A stretch of 64,000 nt of DNA from NCBI GenBank assembly GCA_964016885.1, contig OZ024755.1, forward strand, positions 15,562,001 through 15,626,000, read 5' to 3'. The notes under the pieces are model-generated. The model ran no database searches. It was not told the DNA's origin and saw nothing but the letters and a program-made list of their open reading frames with translations. The DNA is from Eledone cirrhosa. Taxonomy: Eukaryota. The position numbers and the translations under genes are program-made. Positions 57,508 to 64,000 of the stretch are shown here, piece after piece (position 1 is the stretch's first letter; each line of letters begins with the position of its first letter).

Positions 57508-58405
57508 ATATAATATATATATATATTATATATATATATTATATATATAATATATATATATATATAATATATATATATATAATATATATATATACATATA
57601 TAATATATATATATATAATATATATATATAATATATATATATGATATATATATATATATGATATATATATATAATATATATACATATATGATATATATAT
57701 ATAATATATATATATACATATATCATATATATATATATATAATATATATATATATATGATATATATATATATATATGATATATATATGATATATATACGA
57801 TATATATATATGATATATATACGATATATATATATGTATGATATATATAAATATATATATGATATATATATATATGATATATATATATATATATCTATAT
57901 AATATATATGATATATATATGATATATATATAATATATATATATATATGTATATAATATATATATATATATATGATATATATATATATATAATATATATA
58001 TATATGTATATAATATATATATATATATGATATATATATATGATATATATATATATGTATATAATATATATGATATATATATATGATATATATATATATG
58101 ATATATATATATTTTATATATGTATATAATATATATATATGTATATAATATATATATGATATATATATATTTTATATATGTATATAATATATATATATGT
58201 ATATAATATATATATGATATATATATATTTTATATATGTATATAATATATATATATGTATATAATATATATATATAAAATATATATATTTTATATATGTA
58301 TATAATATATATATATGTATATAATATATATATAAAATATATATATATATAAAATATATATATATGATATATGAAATATATATATATATGATATATAAAT
58401 ATATG

Positions 58406-58448
<43 letters not shown>

Positions 58449-59105
58449 ATATATATGTATATAATATATATATATAATATATATATATATGATATATAAA
58501 TATATGTATATAATATATATATATGTATATAATATATATATATATAATATATATATATATTATATATAAAATATATATATATATGATATAATATATATAT
58601 ATATGTATATAATATATATATTATATATATGCTATATAAAATATATATTTTTTTATATATATTTATTTATGTATATTGTATATATATGTAATATATAAAA
58701 TATATATATATAATATATATATATATATGTATATAATATATATATATATATGTATATAATATATATATATATATGTATATAATATATATATATATGTATA
58801 TAATATATATATATATGTATATAATATATATATAATATATGTATATAATATATATATAATATATGTATATAATATATATATATATATGGATATAATATAT
58901 ATATAATATATGTATATAATATATATATATATATGGATATAATATATATATAATATATGTATATAATATATATATATATATGGATATAATATATATATAA
59001 TATATATATATATGTATATATAATTATATATATATATATATATATGTATATAATATATATATATATATGGATATAATATATATATAATATATATATATAT
59101 ATAAT

Positions 59106-59173
<68 letters not shown>

Positions 59174-59226
59174 ATATATATATATATGTATATATATAAT
59201 TATATATATATATATATATATATAAT

Positions 59227-59258
<32 letters not shown>

Positions 59259-59306
59259 ATATATATATATATGTATATATAATATATATATATATGTATA
59301 TATAAT

Positions 59307-59369
<63 letters not shown>

Positions 59370-59477
59370 ATATATATATATATATGTATATATATGTATA
59401 TATAATATATATATATATATGTATATATAATATATATATATATATATGTATATATAATATATATATATATATATATG

Positions 59478-59517
<40 letters not shown>

Positions 59518-59615
59518 TATATATGTATATATAATATATATATATATATGTATATATAATATATATATATGTATATAATATATATATATGTATATATAAT
59601 ATGTATATATATATG

Positions 59616-59658
<43 letters not shown>

Positions 59659-60199
59659 ATATATATATATATATATAATATATATATGGATATATAATAT
59701 ATATATATATTATATATATATATATGGATATAATATATATATATATATAATATATATATTGTTATACTTTGGGAGGGTCATGTTGCCAATAAGAAACACA
59801 CGCACCAGTTGCTTTCACTTCAATTTATTATAATAAATTTATTGTAAATTTATAAATTTATAAATTTCTGGTTGGTTGGTTGGTTGCACAACCAGATAGT
59901 TGTTTATATATTGTCACAGTTATTTCGTCACACACTCTGTGACCTCTTCAGTGACTGGGGATTCCTTTCTTTGTTTCTGTGCCTCTCCTTTGTTCTGTCC
60001 TACGCCATTTTGTTTCTGTGTGTGTGTTGTGTGTTTAGTCTGCGCATGCATGAAGTGAAAGCAACTGGTGCGTGTGTTTCTTATTGGCAACATGACCCTC
60101 CCAAAGTATAACAATATCGGTTTCAACACACGATTTCAGATAAAGAATCTTGCTAAACAAATTCACAAACGAAATATAATATATATATGTATATATATA

Positions 60200-60200
<1 letters not shown>
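56194..60200 (+). repeat. Direct near-identical duplicate of ~51460-55470 (offset about 4731-4732)
   Basis: Identical ORF translations at 52712/57444 and 55141/59872; same order of microsatellite interruptions. Confidence 0.9.
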
Positions 60201-63715
<3,515 letters not shown>

Positions 63716-64000
63716 TACACACACAGAAGAAGAGAGAGAGAAATTGATAGATAGGTGAAACACTTGAAGATTATATATATATATATATATATAATATTCA
63801 TTATCGTCCGTTTACTGTCTGTTTTATCCTTTCTCTATAAATATTTCTATCTTTTCACTCTCTTAATTTTGTCCTTTCTTTGGCATTTCACTATCTCTCT
63901 CTCACACTCACACAATTCCCTCTGTCATCATTCTCTCTTCCTCTACCTATCTCGCTTCCGAACTGCCTCTCTACCTCCTTTCTCTTCTTTACCCTCCCTC

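Overview
Eukaryotic, very AT-rich, repeat-dominated sequence. From recalled repeat families (no search run), the tRNA-type SINEs, (TA)n seas and piggyBac-type MITEs look like those of a coleoid cephalopod, most likely Octopus. Roughly 30% is simple repeat: interrupted (TA)n at ~2.6-5.4 kb and ~50.4-63.7 kb, a perfect (TATG)n of ~620 bp and stepwise minisatellites. The unique-looking parts carry many decayed SINEs, remnants of RTE and R4/Dong-type LINEs, hAT, piggyBac and probably Tc1 transposase relics, MITEs, and two families of hairpin/inverted-end elements with hammerhead-like cores (Penelope-like pseudo-LTR candidates). Almost all listed ORFs are microsatellite or repeat artefacts. A phase-compatible chain of 11 candidate minus-strand exons (41.2 kb to 1.3 kb, 408 codons) can be built by hand, but the protein is unrecognised and the model is tentative. 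The 51.5-60.2 kb region (4.7-kb-offset duplicate, inverted copy, 200-N gap) is probably an assembly artefact. No rRNA, intact tRNA, CRISPR or prokaryotic system is supported.
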